Shown here piece by piece: positions 12,056-26,021 of a stretch of DNA of 64,000 nucleotides. The stretch's first letter is position 1; each line of letters starts with the position of its first letter. This DNA comes from Octopus sinensis (lineage: Eukaryota). The translations under genes and the position numbers were made by a program. A model generated the notes under the pieces. It made no database searches, was not told the origin of the DNA, and worked only from the letters and a program-made list of their open reading frames with translations. The DNA lies in contig NC_043005.1 of NCBI RefSeq assembly GCF_006345805.1, positions 35,030,001 to 35,094,000 on the forward strand, written 5' to 3'.

Positions 12056-12639
12056 TCACCACCACCACCAAAACCATCATCATCATCTATGTCTTCGTAA
12101 ATAACAAAGGAAATCAATACACAGTCACTAGATTCACAAGAAATAATAGCCAAATCTCTCCTGACTCACATCTTACTATAAAGGACAATCTGATGTATAA
12201 AAGGACGGATGGTCATGGCTCTAAAGACTTTAGGTAATAAGTCTATTCAGTCAAGTATGACCAAGGACAACACAACAACAGCAACAGAACTTCTCCTCCT
12301 CTCTTCCTATCCCCTCCTCATTTCCTCTCCTCTATCTCCCCTCCTACCCGACCAACCTTCTCTGTGTCATTGTCTTTGTCATCTGTCTTCCTCATTGTAG
12401 TCACTGTTGCCATTGTCCTTCATTTGGTGTTAATTTCAAATCTGGTTACTCCATTTCATGAATCACTCTAAAGGGATGGTAGGAGGAGAGAACGTATTTT
12501 TGTCTCACCCACCATAACTGCCACCACCACCACCACCACCACCACCAAAACCACTACCAGGTGTGTGACATGATAATCAGTACCAATGTAATATGATGAG
12601 AAAAATCACTGGTACATACATACATACATACATATACTC

Positions 12640-13038
12640 TTTTACTCTTTTACTTGTTTCAGTCATTTGACTGCGGCCATGCTGGAGCACCGCCTTTAGT
12701 CGAGCAAATCGACCCCGGAACTTATTCTTTGTAAGCCCAGTACTTATTCTATCGGTCTCTTTTGCCAAACCGCTAAGTGACAGGAACGTAAACACACCAG
12801 CATCGGTTGTCAAGCAATGCTAGGGGGACAAACACAGACACACAAACACACTCACACATACATATACATATATATACATATATACGACAGGCTTCTTTCA
12901 GTTTCTGTCTACCAAATCCACTCACAAGGCATTGGTTGGCCTGGGGCTATAGCAGAAGACACTTGCCCAAGATGCCACGCAGTGGGACTGAACCCGGAAC
13001 CATGTGGTTGGTTAGCAAGTTACTTACCACACAGCCAC
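12640..13038 (-). mobile_element. tRNA-derived SINE, well-preserved copy
   Basis: Same family as 2455-2863, with CpGs retained. Confidence 0.8.
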
Positions 13039-13789
13039 TATACATACATATATAATTAATTAAAAAAGAGAGATAAAAGATAAAGAAAAAAAAAAAAAAG
13101 AGGACATAGCCCAAGCAGTGTATTAATATGAAGCTTGGAGAAGGAAATGAGTAGTTGTTTTACGTTTTGAGCATAGCTCTTCTTCGGAAACAAGAAAATC
13201 AGGAAAGTCCAAAGAGAAGGAGGAAGAAAGATGAAAAAATTATCCATGTGCAGTTACATATCTGAAGTGACTGGAAGTAGAAGGGGAAACAGAAAGTGCT
13301 TTCTAGGATTGGAGAGTGTGAAGATGGTGTGTGTGTATGTGTGTGTGCGTGTGTGTGGTTGTGCGTGTGTGTGTGTGTGTGTGTGGTACCATGTGCATGT
13401 GTGTGGTTGCATGTGTGTGTGTGTGTGTGTTAGCATGTGTATGTGTGGTATTAATTCTATGTGTGTGTGAGTAGTCTGTGTGTACATGTGATGATCTGGA
13501 GTACTGTTGTCTTCATGTATATGTTTTTGTGTGTGTATTTGTGTATAAGTACAGGTGCACAGTTTAGGTGAGAAAGAGAAAGAGAGAGAGGAGGGAGAGA
13601 GAGAAGGAGAGAGAAAAAGATAGAGAGAAAGAGAAAGAGAAGGAGAAAGAGGGAGAGAGAGAGGGAGAGAGAGAGAGATTATATGGAAACAAAACACCCA
13701 AAGTTAAACATTCCTTTGATACATGATGCCAACATATTATTGTCGGTAACAACGCATATACTCAGACATAGACACACAGATACATACAT

Positions 13790-13831
<42 letters not shown>

Positions 13832-14049
13832 CCACACAAACACCCACACACACACACTCACAGGTGTTGTTGATAATGTTTAATCTCAGGTAACAACACA
13901 TATATACACATATAGATATACATAAAAAATAAGATTGAATGAAAATAGGCATGACCCCTCGAGTAACAGTGTACAGACTTGTATTGTTATTACTATTATT
14001 ATTATTATATTATTATTATTATGAAAGCCTCTCAGATAGTTCTTAATTA

Positions 14050-15105
14050 CCGGTTATTCTTTACTTGAAAGCAAGCAACAACAAATCAGCAAAGGTTTCA
14101 AGTAGTGCCTTCTCCTGTGACTCAAAGAGACAATACTCTCCTCAGAATGTGAACTGTATCCAACAATGCTGTCTTCTGGATCGGACCTGACAGCAGCTCC
14201 AATATTCTTAATATGTTTTTCAAAGCTCTTGGAAACTGATCCTAATGCTCCAGTTACCACCGGTATACCATCACTTTCCTCTTGCCCCATAACTTCCCTA
14301 TCTTGTTCTGCAGTGGCTGGTATTTCTCAATCTTTTCTGTTTCTTTACTTTTCACCCTCAAATCCCCTGGTATTGCAGCATCAATTATATTTACTTCTTT
14401 TTCATCTTTTTGGATGAGCATGATATCTGGTCGTTTTGCATCTATGACTTGGTTGCACTGCATGTTAAAATCTCAGAGTATCTTGTAATGTTTGTTTTCC
14501 CTTACTCCCTCTGGTTTGTGTTCATACCATTGTTTGGCTCTCTTGAGGTTTGCTTTACTGCACAACAGCCAGTAGACATATTTGACCACATTGTTGTGTC
14601 TCCTTTTATATTCGCATAGTACAAGATTACAGCACTCACTAACAATATGGCTTATACTTTCTCCCTACTCAGAGCACATCCTACACTGTGGCAAGTCAGT
14701 GTTTTAATCAATGTGATATTTAGAGTAGTTTGTTCTGAAAGCTTGTTCTTGAGCGCTTCACACTAATGCCTCAGTGGGCCCTTTTAAGTCTCCTTTCTGC
14801 AGCTATTGTCAGGTTCTATTCTAATCAATCTCATCTTTATTCTTCAAGGACTGACTGTGCATTTTTTTGTCCTACCAAATTTTCTTTATCTGCTCTCTCT
14901 GGACTTTCTTAGATCGAACTGGATCTGCAGCTTTGTTCACTTTTAAGGTTCCTTGCATTTTCACTGCTTCAATCATTTCTTCTTTACTCCCCTTGACATA
15001 CCAAGCCAGGCTATTCTCCACTTCCCTTACACAACCTTCACAACACACTAATCCCCGTCCTCCCTCCCTCCTATTTACATACAATTTTGACACATTACTC
15101 TGGTG
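14050..15105 (-). mobile_element. R4/Dong-like LINE 3' fragment
   Basis: LYVNRREGGRGL, KRPDIMLI..IIDAAIP..EKIEKY, IPVVTGALG; flanked by (TTA)n. Confidence 0.8.
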
Positions 15106-15118
15106 ATACCAGGACTGA

Positions 15119-15170
<52 letters not shown>

Positions 15171-15547
15171 GAGTGAGAGAGCAGTGCATGCCAACAAATA
15201 TACAAAACCCAGTATACCCATTATGACTACCTGTCTCATAAGAGCACACCAGGTTCATACATCATGACCATGTGTGTAACATGGTGATCTCGTATCAAGA
15301 TAAACAGTGCATGGCCTGGCAGATGGGACCCAGTTAGAATGTTCTTCAGGTTAAGTAACTCATCCCACTCAGATATCCCTAAATAAGGGTTGTTTAAAGA
15401 TATTGAACAAAACACCCATGTTTCCAGGGGTGAATTATTCAAACCCCAAAGATTTCCTCTCAACACATGGCTATGATGCTCACCCACTACTTCTGCTCAT
15501 GATCAGAGATGCATACATCATCAGCCACTGAGAGACATTCTCAAATA

Positions 15548-16205
15548 ATAATAATAATGAAATTATTGTATACAGTGCTCAGGTGCACCACAACTTGTCA
15601 GAAAGTGCATATAAAGTACATGCAGCAATGTAGAAATGTCTGGAAAGTGAACATGCTTGTGTGTGTATGGAGGGGAGAAAATCAAGTGTAGTGTTGGCGA
15701 ATCTCAGGAAACATGGAAGTTTTGAAGGATGCAGTGCTCCGACAACTAACAACTGATGCCGGCAGTTTGTTCCACGCTTCAGCAACTCTCAGCGTGAAAA
15801 AAATGTTTCCTGAAGTCATGGGAGCTGTGCTGTTTTCTTACTTTGTAAATATGTCCACGGGTGTTAGATGGGTGGATTTTGAAGAGGTGCTCAGAGTTAT
15901 TGTTTGTGCGATGGTTGATAATTTTATGGGTGTCTGCCAAGTCAGCTGCCAGACGTCGGAGTTTCAATGTGTCCATGCCCAGGGAAGTAAGGCGTTCAGG
16001 ATATGGCAAATGCCTGATGGAGGGTATTCTTTTGGTTGCACGTTGCTGAACAGCTTCCAGACGATTGATGTCCTGGGCAAGATAGGGGTTCCAGACCGGT
16101 GATGCAAATTCCAGGTGAGGTCTTACCGTAGCTATATAAAGCCGCAGATAGATAGCCGGAGAGCGGCTCACAAAGGATTTGGTGAGTAATGCCAAGACAC
16201 CCTCA
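15548..16205 (-). mobile_element. CR1-clade LINE 3' fragment
   Basis: LYIATVRPHLEFASPVWNPY..DINRLEAVQQRATKRI..YPERL..L..RRL.ADL..TRGH; a shorter copy of the same family is at 46115-46520. Confidence 0.85.
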
Positions 16206-16649
16206 GCCTTCTTGACAATTGGTTAAGGTCAAGCAACTGACTAGCAAATCTATGGTATTGAGCAGAATATTTGCTGTAACCTGTCTTTTACACCAAGACA
16301 AAACATGTACATGATAACACTTCCAATCAGTTAAGATCAGAAGCCATGAGAGCCTCTGCCTGGTATTGTATCTTGGCGGCACCTGTGCCGGTGGCACGTG
16401 TAAAAAGATTTGAGCAAGGTCATTGCCAGTACCACCTGACTGGCCCCCGTGCCGGTGGCATGTAAAAAGCACTCACTACACTCTCGGAGTGGTTGACGTT
16501 AGGAAGGGCATCCAGCTGTAGAAACTCTGCCAGATCAAGATTGGAGCCTGGTGCAGCCATCTGGTTTGCCAGCCCTCAGTCAAAATCGTCCAACCCATGC
16601 TAGCATGGAAAGCGGACGTTAAACGATGATGATGATGATGATGATGATG

Positions 16650-16723
<74 letters not shown>

Positions 16724-19128
16724 CATCATCATTATTATTATTATCATTATTATTAATATTTCATTTGTTTTTACATTCTGAATTCAAATGCCACTGAAGC
16801 TGACTTTGCCTTTTAACCTCTCAGAGCTTATAAATATCAATTGAGTACTGGGATCAATGTAATCAATTTAACTTATCCCTCGAAGTTGCTGGCCTTGTGT
16901 TAAATTTGAAATTGTCATTATTGTTATTATTTTGGGTTTGTTATTATTGAGTGAGAGTACAGCACATGCTATCAAAGTGACCTAGGGTACGAATATACGA
17001 AGCCCAATATACCCATCATAACTACTCACCTGATAAGGGTATATCAGGCACATTCATCAAAACCATATGAATGTGACATGGTAACCTTTTATCAAAATAA
17101 ACAGCACATGACCTTGCAGGTGGGGTCCAGTTAGAATTTTGTCCAGGTCGAGTAGCTCAGCCTGCACAAAAGGTCCCTGAATATAGGTTCCTTAAATCCT
17201 TAAAAATGTTTTAGCTCGAAGGCCGTGGCCATGCTGGGGCACCACCGCTGAAGGTTGTTTAAGAATTTGATCTCAAAATGTGAAGACAGACAAAATGCTA
17301 CTAAGCATTTTTCTCGGTGATTCTGACAGCTTGCTGCCTTAGTATAATATAGTATTGATGACAAACCACTGCAGAAATGTAGCTTTGGTTTGATTAAAAT
17401 AATCAACTGAGATTTTTTTTTTGTCATTATGAAATGAGGGAAGAGTATTTTTAAAGCATGATTTGGTGAACGGGAGCATTGAACTAGAAACCGTTGAAAA
17501 CCATGGATTTAATTGAGCCTCAAATATTTGACCTTGTGTCAATGTTTAGAGGTGAATATATTGGATGATAGAACTGGATGAAATTTTGTGGTCTTTTTTC
17601 TTACCATTGGTAATAACTGCTTTCTGTGTTTGTGTGTGTGTGTGTGTATGTGTGTGTGTGCGTGCGCGTGTGTGTGTCTGTATGTGCATGTATGTATGTG
17701 TATGTATGCATATGTAATGCATAAGCATGTGAGTGAACATCTATGAATGTATGTTGTGTGCGTATGTTGTCTGTGCTTGTTGTCTATGTATGTTGTGCAT
17801 ATGTGTGTGTGTGTGTGTTTGAATGTATGTGTGTGTGTGTGTGTGTGTGTATGTGTGCATGTATATGTGCATGTATATGTATATATGTATGTGTATATGT
17901 TGTATGTGTGTTTGTTGAGTGTGTGTCTGCATGTGTGTGTTTGTGTATGTATGTGTGTGTGTGTGTACGTGCGCATGAAAGAAACTCCATTAGATGTTTT
18001 AATAAGACATTTATAACTTTTAAATGATTTGACTCAAAAGAAACCTCAAAGACTGTGTCATATCTTGAAACTAAATCAAATGACAAAAAGTTCTATATGA
18101 AATGAAAATACAATATTTTACCCTTTATCTTTATCTCCTAATTTTATCTCATCAACCAACAATTGCTGAAATAACCCCAAATCAGTATCTGAACAAGGTA
18201 ATGCGCAAAATAATTATTTTTATATTTTTAATTGGAAATTAATTGGAAGAGGGAGCAGAATGTGTTGTATGCTGGATGAACAGTGTTGATTTGTGATATA
18301 AAACAAATATGAATAAGTTGAAAAACAAACTGGACATCAAATATAAAGACCAGATATATACACCAACAACTGGACATGAAATATATAGACCATAAAATAT
18401 ACACCCAGAACTGGGCAGCAAATGTATAGACCATAAAATATAACCAAACTGAAAACCAAACATATAGGACTCCCTTTGTGCAAAAGCTGTTTTTGTTGGT
18501 TCAAATATGTTGTTGATGGTGTTTAGCCCTAGGTCAGCCCTGTTTGAGCAGGCACAGTCATAGGTATTAAAAAAAATAACCATCCTGTTTATTTTTCAGG
18601 AATAATGCACTTTGGATGTCACTTTTTAATGTTTCCCTTTTTCTGACAGTAGAGTGATGTTTGAAGGTGATTTGGCTGCTATATTTAACAGGTAAATCAT
18701 CCTTGTAGGAGTACCTTTTTATGGCATGCTGATAGGTGATTAAAACTGTTTGACAAAGTATCTTAAATCTGTAGTGGAATGGTAGAGTAAGGATTATCTG
18801 CAAGGGAATTATTTAGGGTTTAGTGGTAAGCTGACACAAGATTTGGTTGATGATCTGTATGTTTGATACCAAATATTGCTGGGCTTAAAGAATCCTAGAT
18901 GAAATGGTACTCTTTATCTTCCCGATGATAAATAAAAATAGAAACACGAATAACCGAATAAATAAACAAATAAACAAACAAAAATTGAGTTGAATTAATG
19001 ATATTCTTCTGCGTAATTCTTAACAAAGTTTGTATATAATGGAAAGAGAAGAAAAAGAAAACAATAGAAAAGAATATAAACAATAAATACACTGTACCTG
19101 AGCACTGTATACAATAAACCCATTATTA

Positions 19129-19177
<49 letters not shown>

Positions 19178-20022
19178 TAAGTGGCGAGCTCACAGATTTG
19201 TTAGCTCACCAGGCAAAATGTTTAACAGCATTTTGTCTGTCTTTATGTTCCGAGTAGTTCAAATTCCACAGTGGTCATCTTTGCCTTTCATCCTTTCCGT
19301 ATCGATAAAATAAGTACCAGCGGAGTACTGGTGCCGATGTAATCAACTAGTCCCCTCACCTGAGATTTCAGGCCATGTGCCTATAGTAGAAAGGATCATC
19401 ATCAACGTCATCGTCATCGTCATCGTCATCGTCATTGTCATCGTCATCGTCATCATCATCATCATCATCATCATCATCGTCATCATTCAAGCTAAGGTGG
19501 CAAGCTCACAGAGTCATTACTGCACTGGGCAATATACTTAATGGCATCTCTTTTGCTCTTCACATTCTGAGTTCAAATTCCACTACAGTTGACTTTGCTT
19601 CATCTTTTTGAGATTGATTACAAAGTACCTGTCAATGCAATCGACATGCCATTTCCCTTCAAAATTGCCGTCCCTCACTCATTTGGACCCACATAAAAAT
19701 TGTACTAGTTCCACATAAAAAGCTCCTGTGTTGGTGCCACATAGAAAGCACCCATGCTGGTACCATCTATAAAGCACTTCTGCAAGTGCCACATATAAAG
19801 CACCCATGCCAATGCCATGTATAAAGCCCCCAGTACACTTTGTAAAGTGCTTGGCATTAGGAAGGACATTCAGTTGTAGAAACCATTTGAAAACAGACAA
19901 TTGGAACCTGAACAGTTCTTCAGCTGGTCAGCTTTCCAGCTAGCCAGCTCCTGTCAAACTGTCCAACACATAACTGTATGGAAAATAAATGTTAAATGAT
20001 GATGATGATAATGATGATGATT

Positions 20023-20057
<35 letters not shown>

Positions 20058-20167
20058 AATGATGATAATGATGATGATAATGATGATGATAATGATGATG
20101 ATGATGACGTGCCAAATCTTGATGCAATCTTATTATTTTAAATACTGAGTAAAGAAAACAGACTTAC

Positions 20168-20176
20168 CTGATACAT
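20168..20176 (-). CDS. CTR2: Cephalotocin receptor 2, first coding segment (Met-Tyr-Gln), 3' end of an otherwise 5'-UTR exon
   Basis: Minus strand reads ATG TAT CAG|GTAAGT (perfect donor, phase 0). It joins ttttgcag|GCA ATG GAA at 6729 to give MYQAMEVEST, the N-terminus I recall for O. vulgaris CTR2. Exon sum 9+937+335=1281 nt = 426 aa + stop. Confidence 0.8.
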
Positions 20177-21517
20177 TGATCCAGTTTCAATACATCTCTA
20201 CCCTTATCTGCATACTGACAGATTTACTCCAAAGTAAATGCACACGAAGCTATGCAAGCAATGAGATAATCCAATGCTAGAAATCTTTAATGCATGAACA
20301 CAATTATATTCCAATAAGATATAAAATATAATTATAAATTCCAGTAAAATAGAATTAGAAATAAACTGACTTCACGGAATTTTCATGAGAGAAATTTTTT
20401 TTATTTAAACCAGGTTTTGTACAGAACATTTCAGTTAGATATTTTACAAGTGTAGCTCTTCTCTGCTTCAATAATATTAATGTATCTTTTTCTCTTCTTC
20501 ATGTTTTTATTCAATACTTATTTGTTCCCACCTCTCTCTCTCTCCATATCTTTTTTTCTCTCTCTCTCTTGTTTCTGTGTCTCTTTTTCTCTCAATAATG
20601 TCACCTTCCTCAAACGTTTGTAATGGTTCATGGTTTTAGAAAGTGATATCATCTCTAAGGTTACCATAGTGTAAAGTTGAGAAATTGTCTTGTATAACCA
20701 AGCATCGAATTACCTTAGGCCTGCGTTCCTTTTAAACAAAGTAGACATTTGTTTTCATACAAACGACTAACCCAATCTTCTTACTTTTTCTCGGTCACCT
20801 GAGGTCTGACTGATCCCCTCCAACTGCCATGATTGCAGTTTATATCTTCAGAAGAAGAAGCTTCACTGTGTATTAGCATATGTCAACACATTTACATACA
20901 TAAGAACAGACCAATACACACAAATACCTGCGTGCACACATATACACACACACGTACGCACGCCCGCACACAGATACACACAGAGACATAGACACGCGTG
21001 CGCGCAGCTAACTGATTTGATGCTATTGTTTAGCTCAAGATCAGTCCTACTTCAGCAGGCCCAAAGTGAAAAATTTTGCACCCAGGTCGATCTTTTTCTT
21101 CCATTCAGACACTTCTTCAATGTGTCTTTCATTTTTTGCTATGATGTTAGGATTTGATTCGATGAAGATTTTGTTGCTATTTCTACTACCTGGAGTGAAA
21201 TGTGAACATATCGTCGAACTGCTATTTCTAGCAAATTAAACGACTACAAGCTCGTCACAAATAAATTTACAAGGGAGACAACTTTTCAAATTTTAAGGGA
21301 AATAACTCTAAATTCTTTTTTTTTTTATTCTTTCATTTTTCTCAGTCATTTCACTGTAGCAAATGCTGGAGCAGCGCCTTTTGAAAATAATTATTTAAAA
21401 TCCATTTCTTTCAAACTTTTCTCATAAGAAACTCCTAACGTACATACACAAATATATACAACACAAACGTACTTACAAACACACGTACACTTCCAAGTAT
21501 GTGGTTCATATATTTGA

Positions 21518-21518
<1 letters not shown>

Positions 21519-21605
<87 letters not shown>

Positions 21606-21645
21606 GCCTGCCTGCCTGCCTGCCCGCCCGTCCGTCCATCCATCC

Positions 21646-21742
<97 letters not shown>

Positions 21743-21770
21743 CTATCTATCTATCTATCTATCTATCTAC
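21519..21770. repeat. (TCTA)n/(TCTG)n/(CCTG)n compound microsatellite
   Basis: Direct reading. Confidence 0.95.
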
Positions 21771-22189
21771 AGAGAGAGATAGAGATAGAGAGAGGGAAAG
21801 AGGGAGAAAGAAAGAGGTGTGGAATAAGAAGAACTAATACACAGGTCTTTTGGGAAATATAAGCGGTTCTATGGTGATATGGTTTTTTAAGGCTTTGCAT
21901 TGCTGTATGGTAAAGAAGCTTGCTCTGCAACCATGTAGAACTGCATGGCACCTTGGGTTCCCTACTATAGCTCTGGACCAACCAATGCCTTGTTAGTGAA
22001 TTTGGTAGACAAAAACTGTGTTGAGGCCTGTTGAGTGTGTGTGTGTGTGTGATCATCATCATTTAGTGTCTGTTTTCCATGGTGGCATGGGTTGGATTGT
22101 GTAGACAAAGACACACACACCTATCATATACTGTCATGTGGTGTGTCTTTGTTTTGCAGTGCTTCTCCCCTATTCGTTAATTTTTGTGA

Positions 22190-23080
22190 TGGCTGAAACA
22201 AAGAAACAGTGAGCTTCCTTGAAATTCTGTTTTCTGCTGGGGAAAATGGTGACCAAAACAGTTGTCATGCTTTAAACAACCTACAAGGACGCTGCCATGA
22301 GCAAAACACAAGTTTACAAGTGGTTTTCACACTTTAAGAATAGTCATTTGTTGCTTGAAAACCAATCTCATTCAGAGTGACTGTTGACCTCCTGAATGAA
22401 TGAAAAACATCACAAAGATTCATGAATTGATTTTGGAGGACCAATGCTGAACAATTGATGAACTTGTTGGTATGACTGGTGTATCCTAGAGCTCCTGCCA
22501 ACGAACTTTAAGTGAGGAATTGCAAATAAAAAGAGTTGCAGCAAAATTTGTGCTTTGCTTGGTCATGGAAGATCAAAAGCAGTCATGACTGAATGTGAGT
22601 CATTAACTGAAAAAGCAGTTGGAAGTTGACCCAAACATTTTTCTGAAGGTCATCATTGATAATGAAAGCTGATGCTATGGCTACGCTTCGGGAACGAAGC
22701 AGCAATCAACTCAGTGGAAGCATTCAATGTCACCACATCTCAAAAAAAAAAGCCTGTCAAGTGAAGTCCAATGTCAAGATGATGCTGATTTCTTTCATTG
22801 ATGTAAAAGGAATTGTCCACACAGAATTTGTTCCTCCTCGTCAAACTGTTAACCAGACATTTTACTTGGTAGTTCTGAAGCTTTTGGGTGACGTAGTGAG
22901 ATGAAAACTCCCTGACTTGTGGCAAAGTGGAGAGTGGTGGTTTCATTGTAACAATGCATCTTTGCACACTGCCTTGTGTGTGAGACAGTTTTTGACCAAA
23001 AACGGCATGACTCCACTTATGCACCCTCCCTATTTGCCCGATCTTGCTCTCTGTAACTTTTTTGTGTTCCCCAAATGAAA
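22190..23080 (+). mobile_element. Decayed mariner (Tc1/mariner) transposase
   Basis: VKSNVKMMLISFIDVKGIVHTEFVPPRQTVNQTFYLVVL, FHCNNASLH (HHDNA-like), HPPYLPDLALCNFF (YSPDLAP-like); many stops. Confidence 0.85.
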
Positions 23081-24288
23081 AACTACACAATGACGAGAAC
23101 ACAAACACAAACTATACAAGGAAAATCTATGACATCTGTCTTTACTTCGTAAGCTTTTCCATTTACTAATTATACATACCAACCCATTGTGGTTTTGGAT
23201 TTTTTTACAATGTAACGGTAAATAGATATTTTCTTCACAACTTCAATCACTGTTCTTTCATCTTTACATAATGGCAATCAATAAAGAACCAGTCCTTACA
23301 AACTGATTATGACTCCGACGTTCCATACTATTGATTACAAATTGATGACCCCAGCATTACAAATTGGTGATCCCCACATTACAAATTGCTAACCCTGGCG
23401 TTACAAATTGGTGATCCCAATGTTGCACCATAACAGGCATCGATTACAAATTTATGACCCTACCATTACAACTATATTGGATAAAGTAATATTACATAAA
23501 TGATAGCAAGGTGGCAAGCTGGCAGAATAATTAGCACCTTATGCAGAATCTTAGTGACACTTCGTCTGTCTGCACATTATAAGTTCAAATTCTGTAGTGA
23601 TCGACTTTACCTTTCATTTCAGGGTTAATGAAATAAATACCAGTTGAGTACTGGGATCAATGTACGTGATTTAGCTCCTTCCCCAAGACTGATGGCTTTG
23701 TGCCAAAATTTGAAACCAATATTATATATATAATATCTGGACCTGGAGCTAAATAACTACAAAGCTACATAGACACAGACTGGTAAAGGAAACCATCATT
23801 ATGATAAATAGGTCAAATATTTAACAAAGATCTTCTTGTTTGAAGGTAATCTAAGATCAAATAGAATATTGAGAAGATGTAAAGACAATGTCACCTGATA
23901 TCTAATTAAAGGTAAATTTACCTTATTCCAGGTGGGTGGTTAACAAGAAAAGTATTGAGTTTAATGGATGTCATGCATGAATCAGATTCCAAATTCATTT
24001 TTGCATCTCTGACATGACAAGACAAGTAAAGGTCATTAATAAATTTTTAGTAACAATTTAATCACTAAGATTTACAAAATAGTTCTTGTTTATTATGAAG
24101 ATGCACTTACCTGGTGAAATGCACTTGATCTGGGACTGTTGAAACTGCAAGGAGGAGACATTCAAAAACACAAAGACTGTTAACTTCATTTAAGCATTTA
24201 TTACTTAATGTCAAAATTTTGTTGCATGAACTGCAACCTAGTTTGTGACACAGTTCCATTGTAACTGGCTTGAGACAAGACAGAGGTC

Positions 24289-24327
<39 letters not shown>

Positions 24328-24544
24328 GCAATAAGAAAATGGAGGGGATCAAGAGGTGGTACTCATCAACTTTTAGACATTATATTATGTCTATTTATTT
24401 ATTGGTATATAAATTAAGAGTAAAAAACTTTTTTTACCCTCACCCATTTATTATATTCAGTAGTGTAATTTCCACACACAACCCCCCCCCCCATATATAT
24501 ATATACATATATATATACTAGCTTAAAAGTGCGTGGATTTTAAG

Positions 24545-25095
24545 CCAGTTTAGAGCTTTTAAGCTACTGATCCCAAAGTACAGGATTCAAGCCTCTTCTC
24601 CTTATCTCCTCAAAGACATACATCATCTCGAAAGAGTCCAGAAGCTGGCTACCCGCATGGTTCTTGGTCTCAAGCATTTGTCTTATGAAGAAAGGCTGAA
24701 GACGCTTGACCTTTATTCTCTAGAAAAACAACGACTCCGTGCTGATCTCATTCTCGCTCACAACATCATAAGTGGAAAGTGAAACCTCTCAAAAGAGCTG
24801 TTTTTCACTCCTGCTCCAGAGCATCGGCTGCGGGGTCACTCCGAAAAGCTTTATCTGCGACGATTTCATCTCAATTGAAGGAGAAGGGGCTTTCTCCATC
24901 CGGATTGTGGATCCGTGGAATAAGTTGCCGGACAAGATAGTGAAGATGCCGACAACTGCTCGGTTCAAAGACTCTCTTGACCAGAAATGGCCTGAACTCT
25001 TTGCATAAACACCCTCCCTGTACATAACTCCATGTCCCCTTACATGGACTTGCTTTTGCTTTTTGAGCCAAAAAATTAACTTAACTTAACTTAAC
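24545..25095 (+). mobile_element. CR1-clade LINE 3' fragment (different family)
   Basis: YEERLKTLDLYSLEKQRLRADLI..RLRGHSEKL..FSIRIVDPWNKLP; (TTAAC)n tail. Confidence 0.78.
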
Positions 25096-25690
25096 TCTAA
25101 ATAGGAAAATCTGCAAACAGATCTCTGACTTGTTTTGGAGAATTTGTTACAGTTGGTTCCTCCAGAGTCATATCCCAATGATGATCATATCTGTCATAAA
25201 AAAATCACATTACAAAATTGCTGTAAATAATTGCTGGATTTTGTAATTAATTTCAATTATTCCCCAAATTTATTTCCAAGTTATAAAAATTGTTATAAAA
25301 AAAAATTCATCACAAAAAAAATCATGTAAAAAAAATCACTGAAAACAATTGTAATAATGAAAACTTAGGAATCCAAAATTTCAGGATTGTGGGTCCGGAT
25401 TTGGCCTGGAATATTTTAATTTACTCATAAAGTCGGCCAGATTCCAAAATGGTATGATATGTTGGGCTACAGCCTCTAAGAGTAAAGTTGAAAAAGTGTG
25501 ACACACTGACATACTGCCATTTGCATTTATTATATATATACAGTAAAAGCAATTAAGATTCAAGTGAGTTCTGTTGAATTCACATGAATGCGGTACTTAA
25601 CTTAGATGCACCAGAAATCTATATGGTATTAACCATAAGATAATGCGTGGTGATTATAAACAAGAAAAAAGCAACAAAAATGGATCAATA

Positions 25691-25780
25691 TTTCGGTACA
25701 ATTGTTTCGTACGAAGACCACCTTTATTAAGGTTGCAAATATTGCAGCAAATACAAGTGACCCGTACTCATCAGCCGAAA
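25691..25780 (-). ncRNA. Type I hammerhead ribozyme (left arm of palindrome A)
   Basis: Reverse complement of the + strand copy at 25932-26021. Confidence 0.85.
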
Positions 25781-25931
25781 AAACATCTGAGTTCTCGTAA
25801 CATCTAAGGGGCTGAGGCTACACTCCTGAAATATCAGGGATAGTTCTATAAAAATGATTTTTATAGAACTATCCCTGATGTTTCAGGAGTGTAGCCTCAG
25901 CCCCTTAGATGTTACGAGAACTCAGATGTTT

Positions 25932-26021
25932 TTTCGGCTGATGAGTACGGGTCACTTGTATTTGCTGCAATATTTGCAACCTTAATAAAGGTGGTCTTCG
26001 TACGAAACAATTGTACCGAAA
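25932..26021 (+). ncRNA. Type I hammerhead ribozyme (right arm of palindrome A)
   Basis: tttcgg CTGATGA gtacg...cgtac GAAA c aatt g TA ccgaaa: full core, palindromic helix III loop, predicted cleavage after A26015. Confidence 0.87.
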
